Below, one piece after another: positions 49,999-60,116 of a DNA stretch of 64,000 nt (position 1 is its first letter; each line of letters starts with the position of its first letter). The notes below the pieces were generated by a model. That model had not been told where the DNA came from and did no database searches. It worked only from the letters and a program-made list of their open reading frames with translations. The translations under genes and the position numbers were made by a program. The stretch is from NCBI GenBank assembly GCA_963718615.1, contig OY970368.1:4384001-4448000 (forward strand), read 5' to 3'. The DNA is from an uncultured cyanobacterium (GTDB lineage Bacteria > Cyanobacteriota > Cyanobacteriia > PCC-9006 > JAAUQQ01).

Positions 49999-50505
49999 TT
50001 AGGAGGACTGGGAGGCCGGAATGGGTGGGTCCGCAGCCTGTGGAAAAGAGATGGGCATTTCCCGAAGCTGCTCTAGGGTATCAACAAAGTCACGGATTCC
50101 TTGAAATTTGCGATAGACCGATGCAAAGCGAATATAGGCGACTTCATTGAGAGGGCGCAGGGCCTGCAAAATGAGTTCACCAATTTCAGCACTGGTCACC
50201 TCGCGAACCGTCCGTTGCTCAATTTCGGCTTCAACGTCCGCCACGACTCGTTCTTGCGCCTCTAGGGAGAGACCTGTTTTTTCGCAGGCACGCATTATAC
50301 CTCGAAGCAATTTGGAGCTGTCAAAGGATTCGCGATCGCCATTACGCTTCAAAACCACAATGGGCACAAACTCAACCCGTTCATAGGTTGTAAAGCGATG
50401 ACCACAACGCAGACATTCCCTTCGTCGCCGCACACTGCGTCCCGCTTCAGCAGCGCGGGATTCTAGAACTCGGCTGTCGGTATGGCAGCAAACAGAACAG
50501 CGCAT
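49999..50505 (-). CDS. nrdR: Transcriptional repressor NrdR
   Basis: CxxC..SRVLESR..RRRRECxxC, RFTTYE, ATP cone, AYIRFASVY. Confidence 0.96.
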   Translation of the reverse strand: MRCSVCCHTDSRVLESRAAEAGRSVRRRRECLRCGHRFTTYERVEFVPIVVLKRNGDRESFDSSKLLRGIMRACEKTGLSLEAQERVVADVEAEIEQRTVREVTSAEIGELILQALRPLNEVAYIRFASVYRKFQGIRDFVDTLEQLREMPISFPQAADPPIPASQSS

Positions 50506-50807
50506 AGGCTTAACAAGCGCGATAGTCGCAAGAGACTTTTGGCCAATTTGAAGAAGGTTGCCCTCATTTGCAAGGCTCCCTCTCTGATCAGCATAGGAGA
50601 AAAAGCCACGAAGGGCGATATAAAAAGTCCAGCAATTCCAGAGAAAAACTCAAAGATTGCTGGACTCAAGTATTTTGACCAAATCAGCGAATCTGGAAAC
50701 CGTCCATAGGACTGATCTACAAAATCGCAGTTTATCAAATTTGGAAATTATCTAATCTGAATGAGATAGGGTTGCTTCCGTTAGGGTGCAACCCTCGAAG
50801 CTTCGAA

Positions 50808-50903
50808 CTATTTGCCAATCTTGGGGGGCTCACGGAAGGCGATCGCAAAGAAGATCGTCGCCAGCGCTCCCGTAACAACCAAAATGTAAATGACGCTTTC
50901 CAT
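50808..50903 (-). CDS. psbT: Photosystem II PsbT (not in the ORF track)
   Basis: MESVIYILVVTGALATIFFAIAFREPPKIGK*, downstream of psbB. Confidence 0.95.
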   Translation of the reverse strand: MESVIYILVVTGALATIFFAIAFREPPKIGK

Positions 50904-51021
50904 AGCAGTGGATTATTCTCCCTTCTACTTGCCCTAAGTCTAACAGCTTAGAGCATGACAAAACAGCAATTGAACCCCGCCCTCAAAACCCAACTCCAAG
51001 GTCTCAAGGAACATTCAAAGC

Positions 51022-51047
51022 AAAAGGGAGGGGATATCCCCTCCCTT
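51022..51047 (-). terminator. Hairpin downstream of psbB
   Basis: Palindrome AAGGGAGGGGATATCCCCTCCCTT ending in a T-run on the minus strand. Confidence 0.7.
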
Positions 51048-51106
51048 CATGCTCAAAGGCTGAGAACCTTTTCAGTCATGCGATGAAATCGCGGGGAAAA
51101 TCGGAC

Positions 51107-52633
51107 CTAAACTGCTTCCTTCCGAGTGGTCGGGTCACCCAATTTCTGGAATGCACCGAACTCGATTTGCTCACCCAGGTCAGCTTCAATTCCAGCAAAG
51201 ACGTCCCGGAACAGCGTCCGCGAGCCATGCCAGAGGTGACCAAAGAAGAACAGAAGGGCAAAGCAAGCATGGCCAAAGGTGAACCAGCCCCGAGGACTCG
51301 TGCGGAATACACCATCGGATTCGAGGGTTTCCGTATCAAATTCAAAGGGTTCGCCCAACTGTGCCCGACGAGCTGCCCGCTTCACCGCTGCCGGATCGGT
51401 CAAGGTTTGACCATCCAACGCGCCGCCATAGAAAGTCACCGTTACGCCGGTTTCCTCAAAGCTATAGCGGGACTCTGCACGACGGAAGGGAATATCAGCC
51501 CGCACAATGCCATCCTTATCGGTCAAGACCACCGGTAAGTTCTCAAAGAAGTTGGGGAGACGGCGAACAGAGAGCTCACGACCTTCCCGATCCTTGAATA
51601 CCGGATGACCTAACCAAGCTTGCGCAAGGCCATCGCCACTGTTCATGGCACCGACCCGGAACAGACCGCCCTTAGCGGGGCTATTACCAACGTAGTCATA
51701 GAACGCCAGCCGCTCAGGAATCTTTTGCCAAGCCTCTTCCTGACTGCTGCCTGCTGCAACATCGGCGCTAACGCGACGCTGCATCTCTTGCTGGAAGTAG
51801 CCTTGGTCCCACTGATAACGAGTCGGGCCAAACAGTTCAATCGGTGTGGTGGCATTGCCATACCACATCGTTCCTGCAACGATAAAGGCCGCAAAGAACA
51901 CCGCCGCGATACTGCTGGAGAGCACTGTCTCGATGTTGCCCATTCGCAACGCTCGATAGAGACGCTCTGGTGGACGCACCGTTAAGTGGAAAAGTCCCGC
52001 AATGATGCCGACGATGCCTGCCGCAATATGGTGCGCGACAACGCCACCGGGGTTAAACGGGTTAAAGCCCGCTGGCCCCCACTCTGGCGCTACGGCTTGG
52101 ATATGGCCCGTTAAGCCGTAGGGATCTGATACCCACATACCCGGTCCCCAAAGCCCTGACAAATGGAAAGCTCCAAAGCCAAAGCAGAGCAGGCCGGATA
52201 GCAGCAGGTGGATACCAAACATTTTGGGCAGGTCAAGCGCGGGCTCACCCGTCCGAGGGTCGGCGAACAGTTCGAGATCCCAGTAAACCCAGTGCCAAAT
52301 GGCAGCTAGGAAGAGGAGTCCCGAAAGAACAATGTGAGCGGCAGCAACGCCTTCAAAACTCCAGTAGCCTGGATCCACACCGGTTGCCCCGGTGACGCTC
52401 CAACCATTCCAAGAGTCAGTGACACCCAAGCGAGCCATGAAGGGCAGTACGAACATGCCCTGACGCCACATGGGATTTAAAACCGGATCACTGGGGTCGA
52501 AGATAGCAAGCTCGTAGAGCGCCATCGAGCCCGCCCAGCCAGCCACGAGGGCTGTATGCATGAGGTGTACGGAGATCAATCGTCCCGGATCATTGAGGAC
52601 GACCGTGTGTACACGGTACCAAGGTAGCCCCAT
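51107..52633 (-). CDS. psbB: Photosystem II CP47
   Basis: [19 protein letters not shown]; 508 aa. Confidence 0.99.
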   Translation of the reverse strand: MGLPWYRVHTVVLNDPGRLISVHLMHTALVAGWAGSMALYELAIFDPSDPVLNPMWRQGMFVLPFMARLGVTDSWNGWSVTGATGVDPGYWSFEGVAAAHIVLSGLLFLAAIWHWVYWDLELFADPRTGEPALDLPKMFGIHLLLSGLLCFGFGAFHLSGLWGPGMWVSDPYGLTGHIQAVAPEWGPAGFNPFNPGGVVAHHIAAGIVGIIAGLFHLTVRPPERLYRALRMGNIETVLSSSIAAVFFAAFIVAGTMWYGNATTPIELFGPTRYQWDQGYFQQEMQRRVSADVAAGSSQEEAWQKIPERLAFYDYVGNSPAKGGLFRVGAMNSGDGLAQAWLGHPVFKDREGRELSVRRLPNFFENLPVVLTDKDGIVRADIPFRRAESRYSFEETGVTVTFYGGALDGQTLTDPAAVKRAARRAQLGEPFEFDTETLESDGVFRTSPRGWFTFGHACFALLFFFGHLWHGSRTLFRDVFAGIEADLGEQIEFGAFQKLGDPTTRKEAV

Positions 52634-52779
52634 CGACTACGCGCCTCCTCGATGTTTTTTATTTTGACAAAACTCCTTTCACAGCCTTGCGGTCTCGGAC
52701 GCTGAGGGGTTAGCTCGTCATCCGAGCAGTTGGTGAAGGTGAGAAAGGTCCCATTTAGAATTGGTTTATCAAATCGAAA

Positions 52780-52797
52780 TGTATAACGAAGTGTAAC
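52780..52797 (-). promoter_or_regulatory. HLR1-like (RpaB) direct repeat upstream of psbB
   Basis: Minus strand reads GTTACACT-TC-GTTATACA. Confidence 0.45.
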
Positions 52798-52935
52798 TAG
52801 TCTGAGAGCCTAATGCAAGCCGATCTCAGCGTTTTTGACAGTCATGCAATCTGGGCACTGGGATCGACGAATTCTGTTAATTTTCATTACATTGGCATAG
52901 AGTAGAGAGCAGCCTTTTGCTGGAGGACGCTAGCC

Positions 52936-53286
52936 ATGTCCACGATTAAGTTTGTAAACGAAGGTAAAGAAGTCTTTGCAGCGGATGGCGCAAATTTGCG
53001 CTTTAAGGCCCTGGAGAATGGGGTCGATATCTACAAGCTGATGGGAAAGCTCACCAACTGTGGGGGCTATGGCCAGTGCGCTACCTGCGTTGTTGAAGTG
53101 GTGGAGGGAATGGAAAATCTCTCTCCGAAGACAGCCTTTGAGGAACGCAAACTCAAGCGTAAGCCTGAGAGCTATCGCCTCGCCTGTCAGGCATTGGTTA
53201 ACGGACCCGTCAGCATCAAAACCAAGCCCGATGGCAAAAAACCCGATCCCCTTAGCGATCAATCGCTTCCGCCAGTTAGGGGATGA
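52936..53286 (+). CDS. 2Fe-2S ferredoxin
   Basis: [10 protein letters not shown]...RLACQ. Confidence 0.92.
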   Translation: MSTIKFVNEGKEVFAADGANLRFKALENGVDIYKLMGKLTNCGGYGQCATCVVEVVEGMENLSPKTAFEERKLKRKPESYRLACQALVNGPVSIKTKPDGKKPDPLSDQSLPPVRG

Positions 53287-53387
53287 GAGAGGTTGCCGGA
53301 TTCAAGATTTCGCAGTTACAGGGTTCGACTGGACTAGAATGGTAATCTAGACGAAATTTCAAAAATTCTGCTTAGAGGCAAGCTTTC

Positions 53388-53501
53388 ATGGAAGTTAATG
53401 ATCTAGGATTTGTTGCCAGTCTGCTGTTTGTCCTAGTACCGGCAGTTTTCTTGATTATTCTTTACATTCAAACGGCGAGCCGTCAGTCGAATAACAACTA
53501 G
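53388..53501 (+). CDS. psbM: Photosystem II PsbM (not in the ORF track)
   Basis: [37 protein letters not shown]. Confidence 0.95.
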   Translation: MEVNDLGFVASLLFVLVPAVFLIILYIQTASRQSNNN

Positions 53502-53568
53502 TTTCATGAACTGGTTTACTGCTTCGACGCTCGATTCGTATTAGTTTTGAAGCGCCCTGCAAGGGGCT

Positions 53569-53613
53569 AGCAATAAGTAGGGACATGGTCATGCCATGCC
53601 CCTACTTATTGCT
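53569..53613. terminator. Long hairpin between convergent psbM and the USP gene (GTAGGG...CCCTAC core)
   Basis: AGCAATAAGTAGGGACATGG / CCATGCCCCTACTTATTGCT. Confidence 0.7.
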
Positions 53614-53616
53614 TAT

Positions 53617-54447
53617 TTAGTCCTGCTGTCGAGCCAACAGCACCGGACAGGATGCATTCACCCGCACATAGTCGGAGATCGATTTACCCAGGAGTCGGTC
53701 GAGGTCGGGCATGCTCTTGGCGATCGAGGGGCGGCGGTCGGGAGACCCCAAGATCAGTAAATCGGCGTTACTCTCCTCAGCCAATTGGCAAATTTCTGGC
53801 CCTGCATCCTTGCTGCTGCTATAGCAGCGGTAGGTGACGCCTGATTTTTTGGCTTCGGCGATCGCCGGAGCCAAAACCGGATCATCCTCGGCTTTCTCCA
53901 CGGTTTTCTTGGAACCCGCATGGGCCAAAATCAGTTGTCCACCGGAGATACCGCTCACCAAATGCAGTCCTAGGCGCAAACAGTATTGGGCAGAACCGGA
54001 GCCATCGTAGGCCACCATCACCCGATTGATGCGCTTGACGAAAATATCGTCTTTCACCAGCAGCATCGGCTTTTCGGAAAGCTGAAACACATACTGGCTG
54101 ACGGAATTTTTCAAAATCGACTCCAGCCGTCTGAGACCACGGGAGCCCATGATGATCAGATCAGCATCGATTTCGTCTGCCACCTGACAGACCACCAGTT
54201 TGGGATCCCCTTCCCGCAGCAAAGTTTTGACCTTGCTGGCCTCTAAAGGAAGAGCCGCAGCAGCTTCTTCAAGCAGCTTGGTCCCTTCTTTTTTCTTTTC
54301 ATCCACCTCTTCGGATTTGCTGAGGGACGGGACCACATTGAGGATGGTGACGCTTGCTGCTTTAAGCGGCTCGATATTCAGCAGCATCTTTAACATTTCT
54401 TCGGACTTGCCGGTGCCAGAGTCGGCTAGAAGGATTTTTCCAATCAT
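53617..54447 (-). CDS. Universal stress protein (tandem USP domains)
   Basis: ADLIIMGSRG..SVS and DLLILGS...CPVLL. Confidence 0.92.
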   Translation of the reverse strand: MIGKILLADSGTGKSEEMLKMLLNIEPLKAASVTILNVVPSLSKSEEVDEKKKEGTKLLEEAAAALPLEASKVKTLLREGDPKLVVCQVADEIDADLIIMGSRGLRRLESILKNSVSQYVFQLSEKPMLLVKDDIFVKRINRVMVAYDGSGSAQYCLRLGLHLVSGISGGQLILAHAGSKKTVEKAEDDPVLAPAIAEAKKSGVTYRCYSSSKDAGPEICQLAEESNADLLILGSPDRRPSIAKSMPDLDRLLGKSISDYVRVNASCPVLLARQQD

Positions 54448-54644
54448 GTTTTGCCCTACAGTTGAACGATAACCAGACCTGGAAGGCGAGGCTAGGAGCT
54501 CTCTTCTGCGCCCATGCTCCTCAGCAGGTTCGTCCTTTAACAGCCTGAACGGCTAAAGGGAGTGAGCTACAAAACCATCGTCGCCTTATTCCCACCCCCA
54601 TTCTAGGAATTTCCCTGGAATACTCGATTTCCCTTAGCAATCCG

Positions 54645-55106
54645 ATGCATTCCTCTCAGTCTTCCGTAACGTCCTCCCCTTGGTTTGAATATCCTCTTCA
54701 AGTACATCCGCACCATACAGATTATGCCGGAATTGTCTGGCATGGTAGCTACATTCGCTGGATGGAAGAGGCTCGGGTGCATTGTTTAGAAGCGGTTGGG
54801 CTGTCCTTTGCGCAGTTGGTGGAATGGGGATTTGATTTGCCGGTGGTTGATTTGCAAATTCGCTATCGGCAAGCGCTCAAGATGGGCGCAACCGGACGGC
54901 TCAAGGCCAAGATGGAGCCGCTGCAACGGGCTCGAATTCCTTGGTCCTACGAGCTTTGGTCGGTTCAGGAGGATGTGCTGCATTTGACGGCCCAGGTTTC
55001 GTTAGTGGTGGTCGACCGGGCGTCGAGCAAGATTTTGCGACAATTACCTGCGACCCTCTCAGATGCGCTCAATAAAATTTATTGTGGTGAATTTTTGTCA
55101 CGATGA
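54645..55106 (+). CDS. Acyl-CoA thioesterase (4HBT/YbgC family)
   Basis: HTDYAGIVWHGSYIRWMEEAR. Confidence 0.9.
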   Translation: MHSSQSSVTSSPWFEYPLQVHPHHTDYAGIVWHGSYIRWMEEARVHCLEAVGLSFAQLVEWGFDLPVVDLQIRYRQALKMGATGRLKAKMEPLQRARIPWSYELWSVQEDVLHLTAQVSLVVVDRASSKILRQLPATLSDALNKIYCGEFLSR

Positions 55107-55118
55107 GGGGTCCCGCTG

Positions 55119-55958
55119 ATGAAGCCCTGTGGACTGATTAGCCTGACGACCGACTTTGGGATCCAGGATTCCTATGTGGGGATCATCAAGGGCGTGATGT
55201 TGGCGATTGAGCCACAGTTGCGCTGGGTTGATCTCACCCATGATCTGCCACCGCAGGATTTGTGGGCGGCGCGGTTTCAGTTGGCGATCGCCCTTCCCTA
55301 TCTTCCCCTTGGCACAGTACACCTTGCGGTCATTGATCCCGGCGTGGGCAGCGATCGCGCGGCGATCGCTATCGAATTCGACCTGGGCTGGCTCGTTGGC
55401 CCCAACAACGGCATTTTTAGCGGTGTTTTAGAGCGGTTCCCGGCGCGGCGAGCGGTCCGGCTGAGCAATCCGACCTATTGGCGCTGTCCTGACCCTAGCT
55501 ATACCTTTCATGGTCGGGATATTTTTGCCCCTGTCGCGGCCCATTTGGCACGAGGGATCACGCTAGCGGAGTTGGGTGAGCCTTTAGATCTCAGAGCGTT
55601 AGTCGGGTTGTCGCTTGAATCCGATGAATTAGGCGATGAATCAGACGGGGAAACTCGGGGCCGGATTCAGGCGATCGATCGCTTTGGAAATGCCATTACG
55701 ACAATCGCAAATGATAGGGTCAGCGGGTCAGCGGACGTTTGGGAGCCCAAGGTTGCGGTGACCTGGTGTTTACGGATCAAGGGGCTGCAAATTCCGGGCG
55801 GAAAGATTTATGGCGATCGCCCCATCGGTGCCCCCATTGCCTTGCAGGGAAGCCATGGCTGGCTAGAAATTGCGGTGAATGGGGGCAGTGCCCAAGCGCA
55901 GTTGGGGATCCAGGTGGGGGATGTAGTGGATTTGAGGTTAGGGCAAGGGTCAGGATAA
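55119..55958 (+). CDS. SAM hydrolase/halogenase family protein (DUF62)
   Basis: LTTDFG, DPGVG, GPNNG, TFHGRDIFAP, IDRFGN. Confidence 0.92.
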   Translation: MKPCGLISLTTDFGIQDSYVGIIKGVMLAIEPQLRWVDLTHDLPPQDLWAARFQLAIALPYLPLGTVHLAVIDPGVGSDRAAIAIEFDLGWLVGPNNGIFSGVLERFPARRAVRLSNPTYWRCPDPSYTFHGRDIFAPVAAHLARGITLAELGEPLDLRALVGLSLESDELGDESDGETRGRIQAIDRFGNAITTIANDRVSGSADVWEPKVAVTWCLRIKGLQIPGGKIYGDRPIGAPIALQGSHGWLEIAVNGGSAQAQLGIQVGDVVDLRLGQGSG

Positions 55959-56669
55959 ATCCTCAGGCCGATTGCAATTGTGTAATTGGCGAGGATCGTG
56001 GACGGGAAGGGCTTCGACGGATTCGGTGGCGAGCCAGCGCTGGAACGAGCGGTGTCCTTGGGCGATCGCCCGCTGCACAGCATCCAAACAGCTCCGGCGA
56101 TAAAATCCGCACAGGGGCTCCCAAGCTTTATCCCAAGCTTTGGCCCGATCTTTGTAGGAATCCGGTGAGGTGGAGATTTGAGGCAAAAGGGCAGTGGTCT
56201 CAGGATGGGCTTGGTGCAATCGGGGCAGCCAGTGGATCAGGGTTTCGGCTTCGAGGAACGGTAAATCGCAGGCCAGTAGCAGAATCCAATCTGCATCTAA
56301 TTGCTGGAGGCCCCAGGCAAAAGCGACGAGGGGTCCCGGTGGCGGTTCGTTAGGTTGGCGGGGTTCGGCGATCGCTTGGCAGCCAGGGGGCAGGAGCGGG
56401 GCGTAAGTTTCGAGGCGGGGGCTGAGGACCCAAACGCGAGCGCAACAGGCCAAAGCCAGATGACAGGTTCGGGTGAGCAGCGATTCGCCAGAGGGCAGGG
56501 GTAGGAGGGCTTTGTCTTGGCCCATGCGGGTGCTGTTGCCGCCTGCGAGGATGAGGGCTTGGGGGGTGATGGGGGTGATGGGGGGGTTATATATGGGTGA
56601 GAGTTTGTTGGAGATGGTTGAGGCGATCGCCCACGGCTCCGGATTGCAGGAGCGATCGTGTTTGCTCAA
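55950..56669 (-). CDS. mobA: Molybdenum cofactor guanylyltransferase (start uncertain)
   Basis: LAGGNSTRMGQDKA, GPL, ACDLP, EPLCGFY, NCNRPED. Confidence 0.88.
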   Translation of the reverse strand: MSKHDRSCNPEPWAIASTISNKLSPIYNPPITPITPQALILAGGNSTRMGQDKALLPLPSGESLLTRTCHLALACCARVWVLSPRLETYAPLLPPGCQAIAEPRQPNEPPPGPLVAFAWGLQQLDADWILLLACDLPFLEAETLIHWLPRLHQAHPETTALLPQISTSPDSYKDRAKAWDKAWEPLCGFYRRSCLDAVQRAIAQGHRSFQRWLATESVEALPVHDPRQLHNCNRPEDLS

Positions 56670-57642
56670 TGCCTGTCGCTAAACTCGGGGCGACACCGGC
56701 TTGCCAGAGATAAAATCCGCCGTTCCAGAGGACGGCGGGCCAGAGGGGATTGACCTCGGGATTGCTTTCGCCAGTGAGGGTATCTTTGGCCCAGTGTTGC
56801 CAATCTAGGTCGGTTAAAAATGGGATTTCGGGTCCGCCTAGGTCATAATCTCGGGCATGGAGAATGAGGCGTTTGGGGGGCTGATCGGTTTGGTGGCGGC
56901 TGAGGATGGCGCTGCGATCGCGGGCCAAATCACAACTCCCTTCCAGACCTTTCACGAAAATCACATCCGAATGTCCTCGCAGGGCCAGGGTTGCCAGTAA
57001 ACGTTCCTCTGTGGGGGGATGGACAAAGCCCGCAACCAGCATCGCAGGACCGGCATAGGGATTCCAAACCAGTTCCATGGAGGCGATGGGGGGACGTTTG
57101 CCCAATTCTTCCCGGTAGATCGTTAATCCCTCGGCTAACGGAAAATGTTCGGGTAAGTACACCAAGCCCATGCCCGTTTTGGCCAGAACGGTCTGAAGTT
57201 GGGCCAGAGACAACCGGGTCCAATCCACGCCCAGCAATTGCCAGAGATCCACGAGGGGAATTCCAAACTTGGTCGGCATGCGGCGACCGCCATGGTGCAG
57301 GCTGGGAATTTCGGCGGCGGCGAGGAGCAGACTGAGGATGGGGGCCACGGGGGCCGTGCGCGATCGCCCGTCATAGGGATGACCAAACACCCAAAGGGGC
57401 TGGTCCGACACGGATGCTAATTGGGGACCGAGTTGTTCATAGGCATCCAGCATGCCTGCCAGTTCAGCGGGGGTGGGACGCTTAATCCGGTGGGCAATCA
57501 TAAAAGCCCCGATTTGGGCGGGGGTGGCCTCCTGCTGGAGCATCATCACCATGGCACGAGCGGCGGCTTCACGGGTCAGCGATTGGCTGGTGTGAGCACC
57601 ACTGCCCACCTGTTGAAGTAAGGCTCGAAACGCACTGCTCAT
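56587..57642 (-). CDS. cnaT: Anthranilate phosphoribosyltransferase-like protein (CnaT-like)
   Basis: QIGAFMIAHRIK, PYDGRSR, GFVHPP, KGLEGS; lies directly downstream of ntcB, as in Anabaena. Confidence 0.75.
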   Translation of the reverse strand: MSSAFRALLQQVGSGAHTSQSLTREAAARAMVMMLQQEATPAQIGAFMIAHRIKRPTPAELAGMLDAYEQLGPQLASVSDQPLWVFGHPYDGRSRTAPVAPILSLLLAAAEIPSLHHGGRRMPTKFGIPLVDLWQLLGVDWTRLSLAQLQTVLAKTGMGLVYLPEHFPLAEGLTIYREELGKRPPIASMELVWNPYAGPAMLVAGFVHPPTEERLLATLALRGHSDVIFVKGLEGSCDLARDRSAILSRHQTDQPPKRLILHARDYDLGGPEIPFLTDLDWQHWAKDTLTGESNPEVNPLWPAVLWNGGFYLWQAGVAPSLATGIEQTRSLLQSGAVGDRLNHLQQTLTHI

Positions 57643-57652
57643 GGGGAAAGAC

Positions 57653-58594
57653 TCATTGAGAAATCACGGAGGGGAGGGGAGAAGGTAAGAGTGTGGGGTC
57701 AGGACGGCTTAGCAGGGCTTGGGTAATTTCGCAAAAGCGCTTGATCGGCGGAATTTGGAGGCGATCGTGGGTCGTGACCAGAACCACTTGCCGAGTCAGG
57801 TGCGGTTTAGCCAAATCCCGGACAATGAGCGTTGGATCCTCTTGGGCCTCGACTAGGGCCGCTTGGGGGAGCAAGGCGATGGACCGCCCCTGACGCACGA
57901 CCCCCCGGAAGGCATCCAGGGTATTGAGTTCAACGGCCACTTGTAAGCGTAAATCTTGCCGCTGGAATTGCTCCTGCACCAACCGCTGCATCCCGTAGCC
58001 GTCCTTAAAGACCACCTGGGGGAATTTCGCTAACTCGGACCAGGGGATTTCTCGGAGCTCCGCCAAGGGGTGATTGGCGGCCATTAAGACCTGAACCGAT
58101 TCTAGATACAAAGGCTGAACCGATAGCTCTGCTGTATTGGTCAAAAAAGGATTGTGCATGACCACGGCGGCATCTACCATGCCATCCCGCAGGACTTTGA
58201 GGGCGCGATCGCTCCCCAGGGAAGTCACTCGCAACTGGGTATGGGGATAGTCCCGGCGAAAGTGTTCCAGGATCGGCGGCAGATAGTTGGCGCAAACCGA
58301 GGCGATCGCCGCAATACAAAGTTCTGGCTGCTGTCCCAGCCGCAGGGTATTCAAATCCTCCGTGGCCTGCTGCCACTCGTTCCAGATCTTGCGGGCGCGG
58401 GGCAGTAGGTGATCCCCGGCGACGGTCAACTTGGCCTGAGCCCCCCGATGGAACAGCGGCAATCCCGTCGCCGACTCCAGGGACTGAATCTGACGACTAA
58501 TTGTAGATTGGGTCACACCGCACCGTCGGGCTGCCTTTTGAAAGCTACCGGTTTCGGCGATCGCCAAAAATGCCTGAATTTGCTCTAAACGCAT
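57653..58594 (-). CDS. ntcB: LysR-family nitrate assimilation regulator
   Basis: MRLEQIQAFLAIAETGSFQ..A..CGVTQSTISRQIQ, VFKDGYGMQR; cnaT/mobA context. Confidence 0.85.
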   Translation of the reverse strand: MRLEQIQAFLAIAETGSFQKAARRCGVTQSTISRQIQSLESATGLPLFHRGAQAKLTVAGDHLLPRARKIWNEWQQATEDLNTLRLGQQPELCIAAIASVCANYLPPILEHFRRDYPHTQLRVTSLGSDRALKVLRDGMVDAAVVMHNPFLTNTAELSVQPLYLESVQVLMAANHPLAELREIPWSELAKFPQVVFKDGYGMQRLVQEQFQRQDLRLQVAVELNTLDAFRGVVRQGRSIALLPQAALVEAQEDPTLIVRDLAKPHLTRQVVLVTTHDRLQIPPIKRFCEITQALLSRPDPTLLPSPLPSVISQ

Positions 58595-58695
58595 GGCAGG
58601 GAATAACCAAATAACCGCCGATTGGACCGAAGCGCAGGGCCTAAGGGAATGCGGGGGATGGGATTAATACCTAACAAAATTTTGACCGATATTCC

Positions 58696-58710
58696 GTGAG
58701 AACCATTACA
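58696..58710 (-). promoter_or_regulatory. Degenerate NtcA site upstream of ntcB
   Basis: Minus strand TGTA-N8-CAC preceded by a T-run; no clean TAN3T hexamer 22 nt downstream. Confidence 0.35.
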
Positions 58711-58762
58711 AAAAAGCAAAGCCGTAGGGGCATCATAACCGCAGGAGGGAGTCAGGAGGCTG

Positions 58763-59992
58763 ATGGCATCTGCCCTATCCAGAACGTGCCCAAATCCTAT
58801 GAATGGTTCCGCAGATCCCATCCTTACCACCGCTAGCGGTTACTCAGCCCTGGAGCTGATTCAAACCATTCAGGCGTTGATTCAGTCGGAGCTGAATGGA
58901 CGCCTGTTTATTGAATTGGATGAAGATCCAGGCTGGAGTCTTGACTTTCGGGTAGGCCGCTTGGTGTGGGCAACCGGTGGGAGTCATCGTTTTCGCCGCT
59001 GGCAGCGATCGCTCCGTCAGTTTTGTCCGAATACGGCCCCCAGCCATGTACAGCTGCGGGAAAAGGAAATTTTTGATCATTGGGAATATTTGGCCCTTTC
59101 GGTCTTGATCAAACGTCAGCAGCTCAATCGAGAAGGGGCGATCGCCCTAGTCGAAACCACGCTGATGGAAGTCCTGTTTGATATTCTCCAAGCAGCGCCT
59201 CAAATTCGACGCATTTATACCAGCACAGAGCGACAGGCCCATGTGGGGGATCCGATCGCGATTCTGAGCAATGCAGAACTTTTGGCTCGGGCGCAACAGT
59301 CGTTGCAAGGCTGGCAGGACATTGGCTTGAGCAGCATTTCTCCTAATCTGGCCCCTAAGATCCGAAATCCCGAGGCGCTGCAAAAGGTCACCTCTCCCAA
59401 AACCTATCAAACCCTTTCCAGTTTGCTCCAGGGACGACTCTCCTTTCGGGATTTGTCGGTGATCATGCACCATGATTTAGCCACCCTAGGCCGCAGTTTG
59501 GTCAACTATTTGCGTCGGGACTTGGTCAGTCTCAAAACCTTACCGGATCTCTCCAGTCCCTATGCGGGGGAAGGCAACGAGCGGGCTCCGTCTAAGTCGG
59601 CGAACCAACTACCGCTGATCTTTTGTATTGATGACAGTCCCCAAATTTGCTACATCATGGAGGAAACGTTGCGATCGGCGGGCTATCGCTGCATGAGTGT
59701 CCAAGACTCGATCCAGGCCCTACCGACGTTGATTAAGCAAAAGCCCAAGATGATTTTTTTGGATTTGGTCATGCCGGTGGCCAATGGCTATGAAATCTGT
59801 AGCCAAATTCGGCGAGTGGCCGCATTCCGAAAACTTCCCATTGTGATTTTGACGGGCAACGATGGGGTGGTCGATCGTGTGCGGGCTAAGGCGGTTGGGG
59901 CAACGGATTTTATGGTTAAACCTGTTGAGCCGGAGAAGATTCTACACATGGTGCGTCGCTGTTTGACGGAGACGGCTTCGGCGTCGCATTGA
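58763..59992 (+). CDS. PatA-type response regulator (PATAN/DUF4388 + receiver)
   Basis: GRLVWATGGSHRFRRW N-terminal domain; IFCIDDSP, IFLDLVMP, ILTG, FMVKP. Confidence 0.88.
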   Translation: MASALSRTCPNPMNGSADPILTTASGYSALELIQTIQALIQSELNGRLFIELDEDPGWSLDFRVGRLVWATGGSHRFRRWQRSLRQFCPNTAPSHVQLREKEIFDHWEYLALSVLIKRQQLNREGAIALVETTLMEVLFDILQAAPQIRRIYTSTERQAHVGDPIAILSNAELLARAQQSLQGWQDIGLSSISPNLAPKIRNPEALQKVTSPKTYQTLSSLLQGRLSFRDLSVIMHHDLATLGRSLVNYLRRDLVSLKTLPDLSSPYAGEGNERAPSKSANQLPLIFCIDDSPQICYIMEETLRSAGYRCMSVQDSIQALPTLIKQKPKMIFLDLVMPVANGYEICSQIRRVAAFRKLPIVILTGNDGVVDRVRAKAVGATDFMVKPVEPEKILHMVRRCLTETASASH

Positions 59993-60116
59993 GGTTTTCC
60001 CTACCGCCAATCCACTGAGCGATCGCAGGACAAAACCGGAAAAGAGGCCCGGAGCCGGTCTCGTGTGTATTGTATAAAAAGGAAATTCCCTCCTTGGCTT
60101 CGTACGAAAGATTACG

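Noticed and set aside
50463-50738. 91-aa ORF upstream of nrdR
   Set aside because: TTG start, overlaps nrdR and its promoter/hairpin, no recognisable family.
55119-55958. Halogenase-based biosynthetic cluster
   Set aside because: DUF62 proteins are common SAM hydrolases, and there are no biosynthetic neighbours.
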